Below, one piece after another: positions 60,934-64,000 of a DNA stretch of 64,000 nt. Source of the stretch: Candidatus Latescibacterota bacterium (GTDB lineage: Bacteria > Latescibacterota > UBA2968 > GCA-2709665); NCBI GenBank assembly GCA_965226795.1, contig CBDDDZ010000005.1, forward strand, positions 1,408,001 to 1,472,000, written 5' to 3'. Within the stretch, counting starts at the first letter, position 1. The number at the start of each line of letters is the position of its first letter. The notes below the pieces were generated by a model. That model worked only from the letters and a program-made list of their open reading frames with translations. It did not search any database and was not told the origin of the DNA. Position numbers and translations under genes: made by a program.

Positions 60934-62587
60934 GAGTCTGCGCCGCAGGAAAATTCATTTCAATGGACAGGTAATGGTAGGTATAATGGGTCGTGCAGTT
61001 TAGAAATGTCAAGCAGTAAAGAGGTTGTGCGTTGTGTCAACGGAGGGAGCTATCGATGCCGACGACCTTTCGTGCGTATCACCCGGACCAGATATTGCTG
61101 TTGGCGCCTGATCTTCGGGAGTGGGTGCCTGAAGGTCATCTGTCGCATCAGGTGAGCGATCTGGTGGATTCACTGGATCTGGGATCATTCTACGCGCCGT
61201 ATGAAGGCGATGGGCGTCGCAACGCGCCTTATGAGCCATCGATGATGTTGAAGGTATTGATATATGGGTACGCGACGGGTGTGTATTCGTCTCGTGCGAT
61301 CGCTCGGAAGCTGGAGGAGGACGTGGCGTTTCGTATGTTGGCGGCAGGCAATTTTCCACAACACCGGACGATCTGCGAGTTTCGTCGTCGTCACCTAAAA
61401 GATTTCGGGCGTTTGTTCGTAGAGGTGGTTGGTGTGGCGCGGGAGATGGGTCTGGTACATTTCGGGACGCTCTCTTTAGACGGCACGAAGGTACGAGCGA
61501 AGGCGAGCAAGCGTAAGGCCATGAGTTACGAGCGGATGTTGAAGGAACAGGCTCGTCTGGAGAAAGAGATCGAGGCGTTGCTGGCGGGGGCTGTGTCGAT
61601 TGATGCCGAGGAGGACGCGCGTTACGGCGCGGATGTTCGTGGCGACGAGTTGCCGGTCGAGTTGCAGCGCAGGCAGGTTCGTCTGGCGGCGATCAGGGCG
61701 GCTCGGGAGCGTCTAAAAGCATCGCAACGAGCCGTCGACGATGCGCGCGGGCGCAAGCCCGGACAGAAGCGCAACCCGAAGGGCGGGCGGCCTTATAAAA
61801 GAGCTTATGGCGAGCCCGACCCGAAGGCTCAGAGCAACTTCACGGACCCCGAGTCTCGGATCATGAAGACGAGCGCGGAGGGTTTCCAGCAGTGCTACAA
61901 CGCCCAGACGGTGGTGGACGCCGAGCGTCAGATCATCGTGGCTGCGCATCTGGGGTCAGCGGCCACCGACCAGGGCCTCATGCTTCCCTTACTCGACGGG
62001 GTGGAAGAGACATTCGGGGTCAAGCTTCGGGGTCAAGCCCGGTGCGGTTCTGGCGGACGCGGGCTACTGCAACGAGGAGGACCTGGCCACGCTTGAGGAA
62101 CGTGGCATCGATGGTTACGTGGCGCTGGGGCGGGAGGGCAAGGAAAGGGTGGACGTCGATTCGGAGACGCTTCCGGCGACGCATCGCATGGGCGAAAAAC
62201 TGGCGAGCCCGGAAGGTCGGGGCCTGTATGCGAAGCGCAAGTGGCTCTCGGAGGCGCCCAACGGATGGATCAAGGAGATATTGGGCTTCCGACGCTTCAG
62301 CTTCCGGGGTCTGGAAAAGGTGCGTGCCGAGTGGTACCTGGTCTGCCTGGCGTTGAACGCCAAGCGGATGGCAGCGTTGACGATGTGTTGAGGCATGAGT
62401 TAGGGCGTCCTGTCCTTGTGGACTCGACATACGGGAAGCCAACCTCCCTAATATCTCGTCCTCAACACGCCTGACTGCCACGATGACCGCGCCCGAAACT
62501 CATCATACCACTCCCAACATAACACTGGTAGGCGAACCCAACACAGGCACATCTCGCCCTTTGCAAAAACTCCTGCGGCGCAGACTC
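60934..62587 (+). mobile_element. IS1182-family insertion sequence
   Basis: Perfect 17-bp inverted repeats GAGTCTGCGCCGCAGGA, flanked by CTAG at 60930-60933 and 62588-62591. Confidence 0.92.
61056..62391 (+). pseudogene. IS1182-family transposase, frameshifted by a 13-bp tandem duplication
   Basis: YGYATGVYSSR, LDGTK, NFTDPESRIM, QCYN, LADAGY, YAKRK..E; TTCGGGGTCAAGC twice at 62013-62038. Confidence 0.9.
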
Positions 62588-63094
62588 CTAGCCTGATTAA
62601 TTCATGAAAATGAACAGAACAGTGTCTGTGGAAGCAGAAAGTGTTCTGGAGGAGGGAAAATAGTAGAATGACGTGTTGGTGCCGCCATGATGAGTATTTT
62701 TACGTGTCCCAGCAGCAGCGAGGGTTGTCGAGTTCTTTATTTTGTGTGTGGAAAGCACAGACGGATGCCTTGGTCTTACGCGATGGCTATGAGAAAGGGA
62801 TGGATCGGCCGGCGTGAAACGGCGTTATGGATATGCCTTTGCCAAATTGCAGAGGATGGTGTCATAGAGGTGTTTCAAGGGAAATGAGGTTGGCAAATGG
62901 AGTTTGATTTGGGTTTTGAGTTCAGACACTCTCCCGGCGACTTTGAGAATACGATGCTGAATGGTATTAAACTGCGCGTGCGCCCATTGGGTGGCTTGGA
63001 GTCCTATTTCAGTTAGGGTGTGCATCAAGACATAAGCGGCACTATGGAGGAAGAGACGGAAGTGATTGGCTTCAAACGTGTGACAAGAGGTACG

Positions 63095-63174
63095 ATCGGA
63101 ATGGAGAAAGGTTTTGTGATTCTTAATGAAGTTTTCCATCGGAATGGAGAAAGGTTTTGTGATTCTTAATGAAG
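63095..63174. repeat. 37-bp direct duplication
   Basis: ATCGGAATGGAGAAAGGTTTTGTGATTCTTAATGAAG at 63095-63131 and 63138-63174. Confidence 0.92.
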
Positions 63175-63196
63175 CCTGCCTGGCCGGCAGACAGGC
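63174..63196. repeat. Short palindromic element, copy 2, inside the IS1380 transposase
   Basis: GCCTGCCTG-GCCGG-CAGACAGGC. Confidence 0.75.
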
Positions 63197-64000
63197 CGCG
63201 CGCGCAATAGACGGTTTTGTAGATGAATGAGGGCTGGCTACTGTCCAGGTTGGTGACGACAAAGCGTGCATTTGCTTGCCCCGAAGCGGTGATCTCGGCT
63301 TTGTAGATGATGCGTCTTGGCAATGCCCAGGTATGGGCCTGGTAACCGAAACAGGTAAATAGCTGCAAGGGCTGTCCGGTTTCCTGATACCGGGCTTTTG
63401 CCTGCGCCATCAAGGGGTGTCCCCGTGCTGCAAGCCTCGTATTTCCGGCCTGTCCCAGCACAAAATACACCTCGTGCTCGTCGCAAAAGTCGTGGACCTC
63501 AGGACAAGAAAAATGGGAATCGCCACGCAAAAAGATGCCCACGTCCGGCCAGGCCTGACGAAGGGTTTTCACAAGTCGTTTGAGAATGCTGACAATCTGT
63601 TTCCCGGAAGGACGCGCACCCGGACGCAGGAGGGTCGTGATCAGTCTTCCTGTCTGGCCTTCATAAATGTGCAAGGGCATGTAACAGCGTTCATCATAAT
63701 AGCCATTGAACAACGACAACGGTTGATCGCCGTGAACCTCGTCATCGGTGTCATCGATATCCAGAACGACCGCTTCGGGAGGCGTATCGTAGGAAGCGAT
63801 GAACCCGTCCACAAGGGCCTTGGCAATGCGATATAAGTCCCTGCGACGAATTCCGTTTTCCAATCGACTCATCGTCGGTTGGCTGGCCAACGCCGCCCCT
63901 GACACCGGCAACCGATCACAGGCCGCCTTGAAGGCGGGGTCCCGGCGCAACGCATTGCAATCGTTCGCATCCTCATACCCGCACGCGATCTGAAAGACAC

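Larger units (their letters stand above)
62592..64000 (-). mobile_element. IS1380-family insertion sequence (other end outside window)
   Basis: End CCTGATTAATTCA at 62592 and an IS1380-type transposase. Confidence 0.78.
62825..64000 (-). pseudogene. IS1380-family transposase, disrupted near 63095-63196
   Basis: LASQPTMSRLEN, LDIDDTDD, RGDSHF, RFVVTNL, YCARG, MENFIK, DRTSCH, ANHFRL. Confidence 0.88.

Overview
A GC-rich bacterial chromosomal segment. A paired EF-hand/dockerin-like N-terminus on a heparinase II/III-type lyase and the gene mix suggest a diderm FCB-group organism such as Candidatus Latescibacterota (inference). Left part: a frameshifted class IIC group II intron sitting just after the nrdJ terminator, nrdR-nrdJ with a consensus promoter and tandem NrdR boxes, a lyase, a CreD-like protein, a TonB-dependent receptor, tRNA-fMet, a phoH/7TM-HD/ybeY/CNNM operon, a lipoprotein plus LysM pair, aspS, hisS and an RNase HII-YraN fusion. 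Middle and right: a heterodimeric ABC exporter, a multi-zinc-finger orphan, a long catabolic block (two hydantoinase/oxoprolinase A+B pairs and many oxidoreductases), tRNA-Gly, BNR-4, rmlA, GH88 and DUF547 genes, and three frameshifted IS elements. Most interesting hidden signals: (1) two short ORFs at 13.3-13.96 kb joined by an in-frame TGA in a UxxC motif with a SECIS-like hairpin, i.e. a probable thioredoxin-fold selenolipoprotein; (2) the same short palindrome (CCTGTCTGCC...CAGGCAGG, read as LSA..QAG) inserted in frame in two unrelated transposase genes; (3) a multibranch structured element at about 40.4-40.5 kb. All calls come from reading motifs by eye. No searches were run, and single-base frameshifts may be sequencing errors.
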